Assembly: GCA_030614255.1 (NCBI GenBank)
Contig: JAUWKI010000001.1
Span: forward strand, 69,113 to 133,112
Length of the DNA stretch: 64,000 nt
Direction: 5' to 3'
Origin: Actinomycetes bacterium
GTDB lineage: Bacteria > Actinomycetota > Aquicultoria > UBA3085 > Oleimmundimicrobiaceae
This document shows, one piece after another, positions 1-9,300 of this stretch. The position numbers and the translations under genes are program-made. Positions within the stretch are counted from its first letter, which is position 1, and the number at the start of each line of letters is the position of its first letter. A model generated the notes under the pieces. The model had not been told where the DNA came from. It did no database searches and saw only the letters and a program-made list of their open reading frames with translations.

Positions 1-237
1 GACCTGTCTTTTGACCGTTGCTCTACCAAGCCCCGCAAGCAACTTTCCACGGTTAAATGGTTCACTGGTTCCATCCTTCTTTACCACGGTAAGGGAAATT
101 TCTTCTATTCGCTCAAAAGTAGTAAATCGCTGGCTACATTGAATGCACTCTCGTCTTCTACGAATTGCATCATCTGAATCGGTCGCCCTTGAATCAACCA
201 CCCTTGTTTCTAAGCTTCCACAAAAAGGACACTTCAC
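1..237 (-). CDS. nrdR: Transcriptional repressor NrdR, first 79 codons (rest lies beyond window start)
   Basis: Minus-strand translation from GTG at 237 gives VKCPFCGSLETRVVDSRATDSDDAIRRRRECIQCSQRFTTFERIEEISLTVVKKDGTSEPFNRGKLL. This is the NrdR zinc ribbon (CxxC..CxxC) plus the start of the ATP-cone. SD GGTGGA lies 5 nt upstream. The supplied ORF track only lists a wrong-frame ORF here. Confidence 0.9.
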   Translation of the reverse strand, partial: MKCPFCGSLETRVVDSRATDSDDAIRRRRECIQCSQRFTTFERIEEISLTVVKKDGTSEPFNRGKLLAGLGRATVKRQV

Positions 238-265
238 AGTTTTCCACCTTGTTTCCACAAGGTAT

Positions 266-312
266 CCACAATATATTGTGGATACTTCCCAATATAAAAC
301 TATATATAGTAT
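266..312 (-). promoter_or_regulatory. Tandem NrdR boxes (ccacaatatattgtgg at 266-281, aaactatatatagtat at 297-312)
   Basis: Two palindromes match the NrdR-box consensus acaCwAtATaTwgtgt. The first sits inside a perfect 24-bp palindrome at 262-285. Centre-to-centre spacing is 31 bp, the canonical tandem spacing. They lie 29-75 nt upstream of the nrdR GTG. Confidence 0.7.
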
Positions 313-407
313 ATACTATCGGCAAATGATGAAAATTTCTACACTTTTTTTTAAAAAGTTTTTTTGTGACGTTTACCTCCCCTTTGTTTCTGTAAAATTT
401 TTCAAAT

Positions 408-447
408 CGAACGGGTGTTTGCATATAAATCGTAGCATTGTTATAAT
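408..447 (+). promoter_or_regulatory. lexA promoter (-35 TTGCAT 419-424, 17-nt spacer, -10 TATAAT 442-447) with overlapping LexA box CGAACgggtGTTTG (408-421)
   Basis: The box has one mismatch to the Cheo/actinobacterial SOS box CGAAC-N4-GTTCG and overlaps the -35 element. SD AAGGAGGG at 459-466 precedes the ATG at 471. Confidence 0.6.
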
Positions 448-470
448 TTAAAAAACAAAAGGAGGGTTTT

Positions 471-1094
471 ATGTACACCAAAGAACCCCTTACTAAAAGA
501 CAACAACAGATACTCGATTTTGTCTTAGCGGAAATTCACAAAAAAGGGTATCCCCCTTCAATAAGAGATATCGGTAAAGCTATTGGTCTCTCATCGACCT
601 CAACCGTCCACAGCCACCTTTCTTCGTTAGAAAAAAAGGGTTATTTACGCCGAGATCCAGCCAAACCAAGGGCGATTGAAGTTCTCGATTTTCGAGAAAC
701 AGAAATTGGACTTCCTCCAAGTAAAATTAGAAGCGTACCGGTTGTTGGGCGGGTTGCAGCCGGCGTACCGCTCTTGGCCGAAGAGAACATAGAAGATACC
801 TTTCCTCTTCCCTCTGAAGTAGTTGGAGATAACGCATTTATTTTAAGAGCCAAAGGCGACAGCATGATTAATGCCGGAATATTTGAAAACGATTATTTGG
901 TTGTAAGGCAACAGTCAACAGCAAAAAATGGTGATATAGTCGTTGCTTTACTCGGAGAAGAGGCAACTGTTAAGAGATTCTTTAAAGAAGAAAACGCAAT
1001 AAAGCTTCAGCCTGAAAATCCGACCATGGAACCGATATTTACTCAAGATGTAATTATTTTGGGTAAAGTGATTGCCTTGTTACGTCTTCTTTAA
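471..1094 (+). CDS. lexA: LexA repressor
   Basis: Winged-HTH N-domain ([24 protein letters not shown]). Ala-Gly self-cleavage site (RVAAGVP). S24 peptidase Ser ([10 protein letters not shown]) and Lys (ATVKRF). Confidence 0.95.
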   Translation: MYTKEPLTKRQQQILDFVLAEIHKKGYPPSIRDIGKAIGLSSTSTVHSHLSSLEKKGYLRRDPAKPRAIEVLDFRETEIGLPPSKIRSVPVVGRVAAGVPLLAEENIEDTFPLPSEVVGDNAFILRAKGDSMINAGIFENDYLVVRQQSTAKNGDIVVALLGEEATVKRFFKEENAIKLQPENPTMEPIFTQDVIILGKVIALLRLL

Positions 1095-1130
1095 TCATTT
1101 GATTACTCGTCCGACACCAGTAGAGCCGAA

Positions 1131-2426
1131 TTATTTGCGGCCAATTATTCCACCCTTGTTTAAAAATTGTTTAAACTTGGGGAGATGAGTTTTGGAGATA
1201 TCAACCACCAGAGTGGTTCCACTCGAATCATGTTTTTCAGAAACAATGTTCCCTAGTTGATAAACCTTTTGAAAAACTTTCCCGTTATTATATGGTAACT
1301 CCAAAACAACTCTTATCGTATTTTGAGATATTATTAAGTCGATTTTTTTTAATAAGCTATCGATATTTAAGTTCTTTGAAGCCGAAATAAATACGGCGTC
1401 GGGAAATTTTGCGCGTAACCGTTCAATCTTCATTTTACTAATCATATCCACCTTGTTGAAGACATTGATTTGTTCTTTTTCAGTTACACCTATATCTTCC
1501 AAGGTCTTCTCTACTACAACCATTTGTCTCTCTACTCTTGGGTAGCTCGAATCCGTTACGTGTAAAACAAGATTTGCTTCTTGAACTTCATCTAAGGTTG
1601 ATTTAAATGAAGCTATCAATTGATGAGGAAGATCCCCTATAAACCCTACTGTATCCGATAAGACAACTGCGCGTTTACTGGGAAGGATTAGCCTTCGCGA
1701 GGTAGAATCTAATGTGGCAAATAGTTTATCCTGAACGAGAACCCCAGCATCTGTTAGAGTGTTGAAAAGAGTGGATTTACCTGCATTGGTATAGCCCACA
1801 ATGGAAATGAGGAGAACCTGACTTTTTTTACGGCGTTTTCTTTGTAAAGACCGCCTACTACTAAGTTCCCCCAGTCTTTCTTTTAAGTGCTGGATTCTCC
1901 GATTAATCCTTCTTCTATCGACTTCAAGCTTTGTTTCACCAGGTCCGCGCGTACCTATTCCTCCACCTAGCCGGGAAAGCTCGACCCCCCTGCCCTTCAA
2001 CCTGGGTAATCTATAGTTTAACTGAGCCAGTTCTACTTGGAGTTTTCCTTCGTTAGAATGGGCGTGTTGAGCAAAGATATCTAAAATAAGAGCGGTTCGG
2101 TCGATTATTTTTAAATTAATTAATTCTTCCAGATTGCCCTGCTGGGAGGGAGTCAAATCGTTGTTGAAAATGATAGTAGTCGCTCCAGAATCTTTAGAAA
2201 GGTCTGCTATTTCCTTTGTCTTACCAACACCGATAAAGGTTTTAGGATTTGGTCTTTCCCGTTGTTGAATAACTTTTTGAACTACTTTTGCCCCAGCGGT
2301 TATTGAGAGTTGCTCAAGTTCACGGAAGGAGTCTTCAACTTCCCAAATTTTTTGATTTGATTGTTGAAGCGCTACTAAAATGACTTTTTCTTTTTGGGTT
2401 TGCTGCACTTCATTAAGGATTTTCAT
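1131..2426 (-). CDS. hflX: GTPase HflX
   Basis: HflX N-domain, a coiled-coil linker rich in R/K, and G-domain motifs GYTNAGKSTLFN, DTVGF and NKVD. Confidence 0.93.
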   Translation of the reverse strand: MKILNEVQQTQKEKVILVALQQSNQKIWEVEDSFRELEQLSITAGAKVVQKVIQQRERPNPKTFIGVGKTKEIADLSKDSGATTIIFNNDLTPSQQGNLEELINLKIIDRTALILDIFAQHAHSNEGKLQVELAQLNYRLPRLKGRGVELSRLGGGIGTRGPGETKLEVDRRRINRRIQHLKERLGELSSRRSLQRKRRKKSQVLLISIVGYTNAGKSTLFNTLTDAGVLVQDKLFATLDSTSRRLILPSKRAVVLSDTVGFIGDLPHQLIASFKSTLDEVQEANLVLHVTDSSYPRVERQMVVVEKTLEDIGVTEKEQINVFNKVDMISKMKIERLRAKFPDAVFISASKNLNIDSLLKKIDLIISQNTIRVVLELPYNNGKVFQKVYQLGNIVSEKHDSSGTTLVVDISKTHLPKFKQFLNKGGIIGRK

Positions 2427-2444
2427 TTAAAACAACTATATCAA

Positions 2445-3602
2445 TTATAATGAGTTTTCGATACGGGCCAATGCTTCTTTTAGTCTTTCATCCTTAACAC
2501 TTAAAGTGATTCTAATATAACCCTCTCCTGAAGGACCGTAAGCGTTTCCGGGAGAAACTACCACTCCGGCTTTTTCTAGAACATGAGTAGCAAAACTTTC
2601 AGAGGTGTATCCTTCGGGAACTTTGACCCAGACGTAAATAGTAGCCTTGGGTGTAGTGAATTCTAAATCCATTCGATTTAGAGCTGCTGCTACCGTATCA
2701 CGACGTTTAGCATAAAGAGCACACATCTGCTTAACAGAGTCCTGAGAGCTCTCAAGTGCCGCTATTCCTGCATATTGAATTGCGTTAAAGATGCCGGAAT
2801 CAATATTAGTCTTAACCCTTCCCAATGCCTCGATGGCCATCTCGTTTCCAACCGCAAAACCGATTCTCCAACCTGTCATATTATAAGTTTTAGATAACGA
2901 CTGAAATTCGATTCCAACATCTTTGGCACCAGAAACTTCCAGAAAACTTGGAGGTACGTAACCATCGTAAGCTATTTCAGAATAAGCATTATCATGGCAA
3001 ACCAATATATCGTATTTCTTGGCAAAGCTTACAGCTTCTTTAAAAAATTCAACTGACGCAACTGCCGAAGTTGGATTGTTCGGATAATTTATGAACATTA
3101 TTTTTGCTTTTCTCGCTACTTCGGTGTCTATTTTTGTTAAATCCGGCAAAAAATCATTCTTTGAAAGAAGCGGCATGTAATGTGGTTTTCCACCGGCAAG
3201 AAGTGTTCCCACGTTATAAACGGGATAACCGGGATCGGGAATTAAGGTTATGTCGCCAGGGTCTATAAATGCCAAAAATATATGTGCTATCCCCTCTTTT
3301 GAACCGATTAAAGGTAAAATTTCCGAATTAAGGTTAAAGTTTAGATCAAATCTCTTTTTGCAAAAGCAGGCAACTGCTTTTCTAAATTCTAGCATTCCGA
3401 AATATGAAGGATATCTGTGGTTTTCAGGATTGCGAGCTTGCTTGCAAAGAACATCTATTACATAAGATGGTGTTGGCTCAACCGGGTCACCGATACCTAA
3501 GCTTATTACATCAACGCCCTCGGCCCTTTTTTGGGCTATTTTTTTGTCGATTTCAGCAAATAAATACGGTGGTAAACTAACTATTCTTTGTGCTTGTTTC
3601 AA
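2445..3602 (-). CDS. dapL: LL-diaminopimelate aminotransferase (class I PLP aminotransferase)
   Basis: N-terminus [31 protein letters not shown] is typical of the DapL-type family. PLP lysine is in [14 protein letters not shown]. The gene lies 11 nt upstream of dapF. Confidence 0.75.
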   Translation of the reverse strand: MKQAQRIVSLPPYLFAEIDKKIAQKRAEGVDVISLGIGDPVEPTPSYVIDVLCKQARNPENHRYPSYFGMLEFRKAVACFCKKRFDLNFNLNSEILPLIGSKEGIAHIFLAFIDPGDITLIPDPGYPVYNVGTLLAGGKPHYMPLLSKNDFLPDLTKIDTEVARKAKIMFINYPNNPTSAVASVEFFKEAVSFAKKYDILVCHDNAYSEIAYDGYVPPSFLEVSGAKDVGIEFQSLSKTYNMTGWRIGFAVGNEMAIEALGRVKTNIDSGIFNAIQYAGIAALESSQDSVKQMCALYAKRRDTVAAALNRMDLEFTTPKATIYVWVKVPEGYTSESFATHVLEKAGVVVSPGNAYGPSGEGYIRITLSVKDERLKEALARIENSL

Positions 3603-3613
3603 TTAAAATCCTC

Positions 3614-4477
3614 CTAAGTTAAATAAACTTTTCCGGTAAATATTTCTTCGGCAGAACCGGTCATTGAAATGCTACCATTTAAAATTTCTATTTCAAGATT
3701 TCCACCAGGAAGACATACCAAAACCCGCTTTTTAGTTAAATTAAGCCTGTTGGCTGCAGCCACGACCGCGCATGCCCCCGTTCCACAGGCTAAGGTCTCA
3801 CCGACCCCTCTTTCCCAAACTCTCAGCTTTATTTCAGTTTCCCCAATAATCTGGGCGAACTCAACATTTGTTTTATTCGGGAATATCTTCATTTTTTCTA
3901 TTTTTGGTCCCAGAATTGTTACCGGTGCTTTAGAAATATCTTTAACGAAAATTACACAATGTGGATTTCCCGTTGAAACGCAAGTGATATTGAGTTTTTG
4001 ACCATCGACCTTGATTTTCTCGTCAACCACTTCTTTCTTTGCTATTTTTACGGGGATCTCTTTTGCTTTTAGGGAGAACTCTCCCATGTCAACTTTTGCG
4101 CCTGATACTTTTTTGGCATCATCGAAAATTAGTTGAACATTTTTCAGACCAGCCGGCGTTTCGATAATAACATCGTTTTGTTTGATTAAACATCTGTCGT
4201 ATAAGAATTTTGCGAAACAGCGTATTCCGTTGCCACATATTTCAGCCACAGTGCCATCGGGATTATAAAAGAGCATAAAAAATTCTGATCTTGAGTTCAT
4301 CGAGGGCTTAACCAGCATTAGCCCATCCGCCCCTATCCCAAAATGCCTATCGCAAAACCACCTTATTTTTTCAGAACTCAAATTGAGGATGTTCTCTGTA
4401 TCAGCTATTAATATAAAATCGTTACCTGCGCCCTGTAGTTTTGTAAACTCCAATATTTTAGTCACTTTCCCTCCCAA
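3614..4477 (-). CDS. dapF: Diaminopimelate epimerase
   Basis: FTKLQGAGNDF N-terminal motif and the two catalytic Cys motifs (EICGNGIRC, LACGTGACA). TTG start; the exact start is uncertain. Confidence 0.93.
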   Translation of the reverse strand: MGGKVTKILEFTKLQGAGNDFILIADTENILNLSSEKIRWFCDRHFGIGADGLMLVKPSMNSRSEFFMLFYNPDGTVAEICGNGIRCFAKFLYDRCLIKQNDVIIETPAGLKNVQLIFDDAKKVSGAKVDMGEFSLKAKEIPVKIAKKEVVDEKIKVDGQKLNITCVSTGNPHCVIFVKDISKAPVTILGPKIEKMKIFPNKTNVEFAQIIGETEIKLRVWERGVGETLACGTGACAVVAAANRLNLTKKRVLVCLPGGNLEIEILNGSISMTGSAEEIFTGKVYLT

Positions 4478-5414
4478 AATTTAAACTATTAAGAATCTCA
4501 TCGGCTATAACTGACGGTTCTTTGCCTTCAACATTTATCCATTTAACTCTATTGTCCCGTCGGAACCAAGTGAGTTGTCTTTTTGCAAAATTTCTTGTCT
4601 TTTGCTTAATTAGTCGTTTGGTCTCATCTAATGTTATTTGTCCTTTTAAATAATAATTTACTTCTCTGTATCCAAGTGCTTGACATGAGGTGGTTGAACT
4701 CAATTTACCTGACAAAGTTAATTTTTTGACTTCATCAAGAAGACCTTCTTTAAACATTCGTTCTACTCGTTTGTCTATCTTAACATAAAGTTTTTCGCGA
4801 TTTGAGTTTAGTCCAAAAATTCTTACGTCGTAAATTGAGTTCATTTCTTTCCAATTTTTATGATACTCAGTATATGATTTACCTGTAAGTTTAATTATCT
4901 CAAGGGCACGAATTACTCTTCTGGTGTTGTTCGGGTGAATGTTTCTGGCCGCTTCCGGGTCAATCTTTGTTAGCTCTTCGTAAAGAACCCCTAATTCATT
5001 CTCGGCCAGCTTCTCAAGTTCTTGACGAATCGGAGAGCTCATTATTCCTTTGGGAAAGCAGAACTTGTCAATAACGGCTCTTACGTATAGACCGGAGCCA
5101 CCTACTAATATTGGTAATTTTCCATCTTTGGTAATGTTGAATATGGCCTGACGTGCTAATTTTTGATATTCTGCAACACCGAAGTTTTCTGTTGGCTCAA
5201 CTATATCGATAAGATGATGTTTAATTCCGCGCATCTCGTCTCGATCTAATTTTGCCGTTCCGATGAGCATTCCTTTATAAACCTGCATAGAGTCCGCGGA
5301 GATAATTTCGCCATTGAGTTTTTCCGCTAACTCAATGGCGACCCTACTTTTACCTATAGCCGTAGGACCGACTATAACCAGAACTTTTTCTTTAATTGCT
5401 TTATTTTGTTTCAC
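4458..5414 (-). CDS. miaA: tRNA dimethylallyltransferase
   Basis: P-loop VIVGPTAIGKS followed by SADSMQVYKGMLIGTAK, the IPPT family signature. Confidence 0.95.
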   Translation of the reverse strand: MKQNKAIKEKVLVIVGPTAIGKSRVAIELAEKLNGEIISADSMQVYKGMLIGTAKLDRDEMRGIKHHLIDIVEPTENFGVAEYQKLARQAIFNITKDGKLPILVGGSGLYVRAVIDKFCFPKGIMSSPIRQELEKLAENELGVLYEELTKIDPEAARNIHPNNTRRVIRALEIIKLTGKSYTEYHKNWKEMNSIYDVRIFGLNSNREKLYVKIDKRVERMFKEGLLDEVKKLTLSGKLSSTTSCQALGYREVNYYLKGQITLDETKRLIKQKTRNFAKRQLTWFRRDNRVKWINVEGKEPSVIADEILNSLNFGRESD

Positions 5415-5456
5415 AATTCGATACGTTACCCATTTCGTAAAATTAATGATTACTAA

Positions 5457-6653
5457 TTAATCCAGCACGTCAACAAGTTTATCGACGATAATTCGTGCAA
5501 TTTCCCTTTTCGTCATACGGGGAACCTTCTTAACAATACCCTTCTTGTTAAGTATGGTTACCTCATTAAAATCTTCTTCAAAACCAATTTCTGGCTTTGA
5601 AACATCGTTTGCAATGATTAGATCCAAGTTCTTTTCCTCTATTTTCTTTCGGGCATTCTCTATTAAATCCTCGGTTTCTGCAGCAAAACCAATTAATATT
5701 TGTTTCTTTTTTATTCTCCCCAGTTCTTTTATGATGTCAGGGTTGGATTTTAGCTTCAAACTAAAATTACCCGTTTTGTTTCGCTTTATTTTTTTACTAA
5801 CCGGTTCGGCCGGGGTAAAATCAGCAACTGCTGCTGCCATAATAACCGCATCGCACTTATCAAAATATTGTAACATTTCACGTTGCATATCAGAGGCATT
5901 GCTTACAGATATAAAATTTACATTTTGTGGAGTGGGCAGATATGTAGGCGCGCTTATAAGGGTAGTCTTTGCTCCTCGCTTTGTAAGCTCGTTTGCAATT
6001 GCATACCCCATTTTGCCAGAGGATCTGTTGCTTATGTATCTAACCGGATCAATTTCTTCTCGGGTCCCCCCCGCGGTAACTACGACGGAACGGTTTTTGA
6101 GATCTTTTTCTTTGGCAGTTTCAAATTTGATGACTTCGACAATAGTATCAACCTCAGCTAATCTGCCTACACCCTCTTCTCCGCAAGCCAGTTCTCCCAA
6201 TGTTGGCTCAATTACTCTGAAACCAAAAGCTTTTAGTCGATTCAAGCTTTTTTGAGTTGCCTCACTTAGATACATCTTTGAATTCATCGCCGGAGCAAAA
6301 ATTATTGGTACATCGGCAGCAAGTAGGGTGGTTGAAAGAAGATCATCGGCTACACCGTTGGCTGTTTTGTTTATTATATTGGCAGTTGCGGGAGCAACTA
6401 AGATAATATCTGCTTCATCGCTTAATGAGATGTGACATATTTTACTCTTCGAGTTTTCTGTAAACAATTCTGTTGCAACGGATTGTTTTGTCAGAGTCCT
6501 GAAAGTCAGTGGTGTTACAAATTTCGTGGCAGATGATGTCATAACTACTTTTACCGTAGCCCCATCTCTTATGAGTCTTCTTGCTATATCAACTGCTTTG
6601 TAAGCTGCAATGCTGCCGCTTACACCCAAAATGATAGTTTTTCCTTTAAGCAT
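5457..6653 (-). CDS. coaBC: Bifunctional phosphopantothenoylcysteine decarboxylase / phosphopantothenate-cysteine ligase
   Basis: N-terminal flavoprotein domain (GVSGSIAAYKA, PAMN) and C-terminal CoaB domain (ISNRSSGKMG, AAAVADF). Confidence 0.95.
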   Translation of the reverse strand: MLKGKTIILGVSGSIAAYKAVDIARRLIRDGATVKVVMTSSATKFVTPLTFRTLTKQSVATELFTENSKSKICHISLSDEADIILVAPATANIINKTANGVADDLLSTTLLAADVPIIFAPAMNSKMYLSEATQKSLNRLKAFGFRVIEPTLGELACGEEGVGRLAEVDTIVEVIKFETAKEKDLKNRSVVVTAGGTREEIDPVRYISNRSSGKMGYAIANELTKRGAKTTLISAPTYLPTPQNVNFISVSNASDMQREMLQYFDKCDAVIMAAAVADFTPAEPVSKKIKRNKTGNFSLKLKSNPDIIKELGRIKKKQILIGFAAETEDLIENARKKIEEKNLDLIIANDVSKPEIGFEEDFNEVTILNKKGIVKKVPRMTKREIARIIVDKLVDVLD

Positions 6654-6693
6654 TAAATTACCTTATGATTTGTAAGTTGTAGCGTATAAGAGG

Positions 6694-6939
6694 TTATTTC
6701 ACTTCATTTTTTAAACGCTTGTATGTTACTTTGCCTTCAACGATTTCCTCGAGAGCGATATCTAAGGGTTTATAAACTTTGAGTCTCTTTTTAGCGGGAG
6801 CCAAGGCCTCAAGGCCCTGTCTGTAATCAGAACTTAACAAACTATTTATCTTTCTTGCACGCTTTGCTGCCAATGTCACTAAAGTAAACTTGTTGTCCAC
6901 TTTGCTGAGCAAGTCATCAAGGTTTGGATATAACAGCAT
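6694..6939 (-). CDS. rpoZ: DNA-directed RNA polymerase subunit omega
   Basis: LDDLLSKVDNKFTLVTLAAKRARKI is the omega signature. ATG at 6939 has GGAGG 10 nt upstream. An upstream in-frame ATG at 6960 (TAATG overlap with the gmk stop) is the alternative start. Confidence 0.85.
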   Translation of the reverse strand: MLLYPNLDDLLSKVDNKFTLVTLAAKRARKINSLLSSDYRQGLEALAPAKKRLKVYKPLDIALEEIVEGKVTYKRLKNEVK

Positions 6940-6959
6940 CTTCTTAATTCCTCCAAGCA

Positions 6960-7544
6960 TTATAAGATTGTAGTGGTTTTTCCCCTTTTTTCTTGCTTAA
7001 TAATTTTCAAAAGCTCTTCGGTCGCTCGGTTTAAATCATCGTTAATAATTATATAATCGTACTTATTTGCAAACTCTATCTCGTCTTTTGCTATTTTTAA
7101 ACGGAGTTCTATATCTTCTTCTGTCTCTGTTTTTCTCTTCATTAACCTTTTTTTTAATTCCGCCGATGAGGGTGGTTTTATAAAAACCAAAATTGAATTA
7201 GGGACCTTCTTCCTAACCGATAATGCTCCCTGAACATCGAGTTCAAGAATTACATCATTCCCGCTACGAAGATGGTCCCTAACTACATCACGAATAGTGC
7301 CATATCTATTAGAATGAACATTCGCCCACTCTAAAAACTCATTCTTTCTTATCTTCTCATTAAACTCTTCTTCAGATAAGAAATAGTAATCTAATCTTGG
7401 TTTTTCGCCGGCACGTTCCTTCCTGGTTGTTGCAGATATTGATATAACTACATCATCCAATCTTTTCAACACTCTAGAAATAAGTGTTCCTTTTCCCGTG
7501 CCAGAAGGACCAGAGATTATAAATAATTTTCTACCTGTCTTCAT
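6960..7544 (-). CDS. gmk: Guanylate kinase
   Basis: P-loop GPSGTGKGT, TTRKER and YYFLSEEEF motifs. The start overlaps the mihF stop (TAATG). Confidence 0.95.
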   Translation of the reverse strand: MKTGRKLFIISGPSGTGKGTLISRVLKRLDDVVISISATTRKERAGEKPRLDYYFLSEEEFNEKIRKNEFLEWANVHSNRYGTIRDVVRDHLRSGNDVILELDVQGALSVRKKVPNSILVFIKPPSSAELKKRLMKRKTETEEDIELRLKIAKDEIEFANKYDYIIINDDLNRATEELLKIIKQEKRGKTTTIL

Positions 7545-7852
7545 TAACCAAGTTCTTTAACTAATTGCTCACGCTGACGAGAACCAAGTCCGGCAATTCT
7601 TCTTGAAGAGCTAATTTTTAGTTGCTCCATAATTTTTTGGCTTCTTACTTTGCCAATGCCTGGTATTGAACCCAGTAAGTCAGAGACTTTCATCCGTCCA
7701 ACGATAGGGTCAGAAGATCTGCCCAAAACCTCAGTCAAAGAGATGTTTCCTTTCTTGATTTCTGCTTTTAGCTGCGCTCTCTTTTGACGAGTTTCTACAG
7801 CTTTTTTTAGAGCAGCTCTACGATCAGCATCAGAAAGCTTTGGTAATACCAT
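7544..7852 (-). CDS. mihF: Integration host factor, actinobacterial type (mIHF)
   Basis: LSDADRRAALKKAVETRQKRAQLK...MKVSDLLGSIPGIGKVRSQKIMEQL...GLGSRQREQL matches the mIHF family. The mihF-gmk-rpoZ-coaBC order is as in Mycobacterium. ATG at 7852 lies 7 nt after AAGGAGG. Confidence 0.8.
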   Translation of the reverse strand: MVLPKLSDADRRAALKKAVETRQKRAQLKAEIKKGNISLTEVLGRSSDPIVGRMKVSDLLGSIPGIGKVRSQKIMEQLKISSSRRIAGLGSRQREQLVKELG

Positions 7853-7887
7853 AATCATTCCTCCTTTAGTTTTTGGCTAACAGCGTC

Positions 7888-7916
7888 ATTATACATATAA
7901 CTTTTGGGTATGGCAA
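7888..7916 (-). promoter_or_regulatory. Sigma-70-type promoter for mihF-gmk-rpoZ-coaBC (-35 TTGCCA, 17 nt, -10 TATAAT on minus strand)
   Basis: The minus strand reads TTGCCAtacccaaaagttatatgTATAAT, about 35 nt upstream of the mihF start. Confidence 0.5.
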
Positions 7917-8009
7917 CCATTAACCTGCCAATACATTAAAATTTTTTTACCTCCTATTTTTCCTTATTAATATTTCTACAATTTTCCATAGTTTCCTACA
8001 TATAAGATT

Positions 8010-8600
8010 TTATAATCTCCTGCTTCCAGGGCTTGTTAGTGGAATTCCTTTCTTGCAGAGCGGGCACAGTTCCGGTTCGTAAGAAGATGCGGAAATTTTT
8101 AGCAGTGAACGAAGTGGTCTCGTAAAAACTTTTTCTTCACCCCTGTCAATCAAACATGTTATCCCGACAATTTTCGCCCCTGAGTCGTTTACTAAATCAA
8201 CAACCTCCTTAATTGACCCCCCTTTGGTAATAACATCATCAATAATTAATACCTGTTCCTCTTTGTAAAGCTGAAATCCTCTTCTTAGGGTCATCTTACC
8301 CTTTGCTCTTTCTGCAAACACAAACCGTTTATTTAAGGCTTGGGCAACAACAAATCCAAGCACCATGCCCCCAATGGCCGGAGCAATTACAACATCGACG
8401 GGCACATCATAGTATGGTTCACTTATCGTGATGGCAATTTGGTTGGCTGCAGATGGGTGCTCTAGTATTTTCATACACTGAATATAGGTATCACTATGAT
8501 AACCTGATGATAGCTTAAAATGGCCCTTTCTTATCGCTCCATGACTATTTAATACCCCTAGCAGTTCTTCTTCGTTAAACACTCTAATAAACCCCCTCAA
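8010..8600 (-). CDS. pyrE: Orotate phosphoribosyltransferase
   Basis: GHFKLSSGYHSDTYIQC and the PRPP motif VLIIDDVITKGGS. Last gene of the pyr operon. Confidence 0.9.
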   Translation of the reverse strand: MRGFIRVFNEEELLGVLNSHGAIRKGHFKLSSGYHSDTYIQCMKILEHPSAANQIAITISEPYYDVPVDVVIAPAIGGMVLGFVVAQALNKRFVFAERAKGKMTLRRGFQLYKEEQVLIIDDVITKGGSIKEVVDLVNDSGAKIVGITCLIDRGEEKVFTRPLRSLLKISASSYEPELCPLCKKGIPLTSPGSRRL

Positions 8601-9300
8601 TCTCGTTTAATATTTCCCTGGTTTTTATTGCCGGCTCATCCGCTTTGATGATTGGCCTTCCGATAACTATATAATTTGCCCCGGCGACCATAGCTTCAGA
8701 TGGAGACATCACTCTCTTTTGGTCTATCGTAGCATTGCCCTTTGGTCTTATTCCGGGAACAACAATTATTTTATCTTCGCCAATAATCTGCCTCAACTTC
8801 GAGACTTCATTGGGGGAAGCCACTACCCCATCCAGGCCAGCTTTCATCGCCGTGGTTGCAAGACCAATGACTTGTTCGCTGACTCTTCTTGCAATTCCCA
8901 TTTCGGTTAGATCTTTATTATCCAGACTCGTCAAAACCGTAACCCCCAAAACAAGCGGAGGTTTCACGTTTAGCTTTAAGGCTTCTTCCCTCGTTGCCTC
9001 CGCTGCCCACTTCATCATCTCGTAACCACCATGAGTATGAATCGTAAACATGCTGACTCCCATTTTAACAATTTCCCTGCACGCGCCAGCAACTTGATTG
9101 GGGATATCGTGAAGTTTTAAGTCCAGAAAAACATCATTTTCCGTCCTTTTAATTTCTTCGACCACATCACGGCCTTCTGCCAAAAAAAGTTGGAGACCAA
9201 TCTTAAAGAAACCAACTTGGCCCTTGAGTTGATTGCAAATTTCTAAAGCTTTTTTTTGTGATGAAACATCTAGCGCTACGATAAGAGGATTTTTTTTCAT
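8584..9300 (-). CDS. pyrF: Orotidine 5'-phosphate decarboxylase
   Basis: LIVALDV, FFKIG, FLDLKLHDIPNQV and VIGRPI motifs. Confidence 0.92.
   Translation of the reverse strand: MKKNPLIVALDVSSQKKALEICNQLKGQVGFFKIGLQLFLAEGRDVVEEIKRTENDVFLDLKLHDIPNQVAGACREIVKMGVSMFTIHTHGGYEMMKWAAEATREEALKLNVKPPLVLGVTVLTSLDNKDLTEMGIARRVSEQVIGLATTAMKAGLDGVVASPNEVSKLRQIIGEDKIIVVPGIRPKGNATIDQKRVMSPSEAMVAGANYIVIGRPIIKADEPAIKTREILNEIEGVY

Noticed and set aside
143-481. Track ORFs 143..451(+) and 194..481(-) in the nrdR-lexA spacer
   Set aside because: Both cross the promoter/operator region. They are Phe/Lys/Ile-rich low-complexity translations with no SD. The minus-strand ORF is in the wrong frame relative to the clear NrdR reading frame that starts at GTG 237.
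5545-6255. Long antisense ORFs opposite real genes (for example 5545..6255, 9469..9990, 15874..16308, 19401..19823, 25739..26164, 30556..30984, 49736..50134)
   Set aside because: Each lies fully inside a confidently identified minus-strand gene. Their products are Ser/Phe/Leu/Pro-rich with no recognisable motifs, and none has an SD or promoter. They are typical shadow ORFs.
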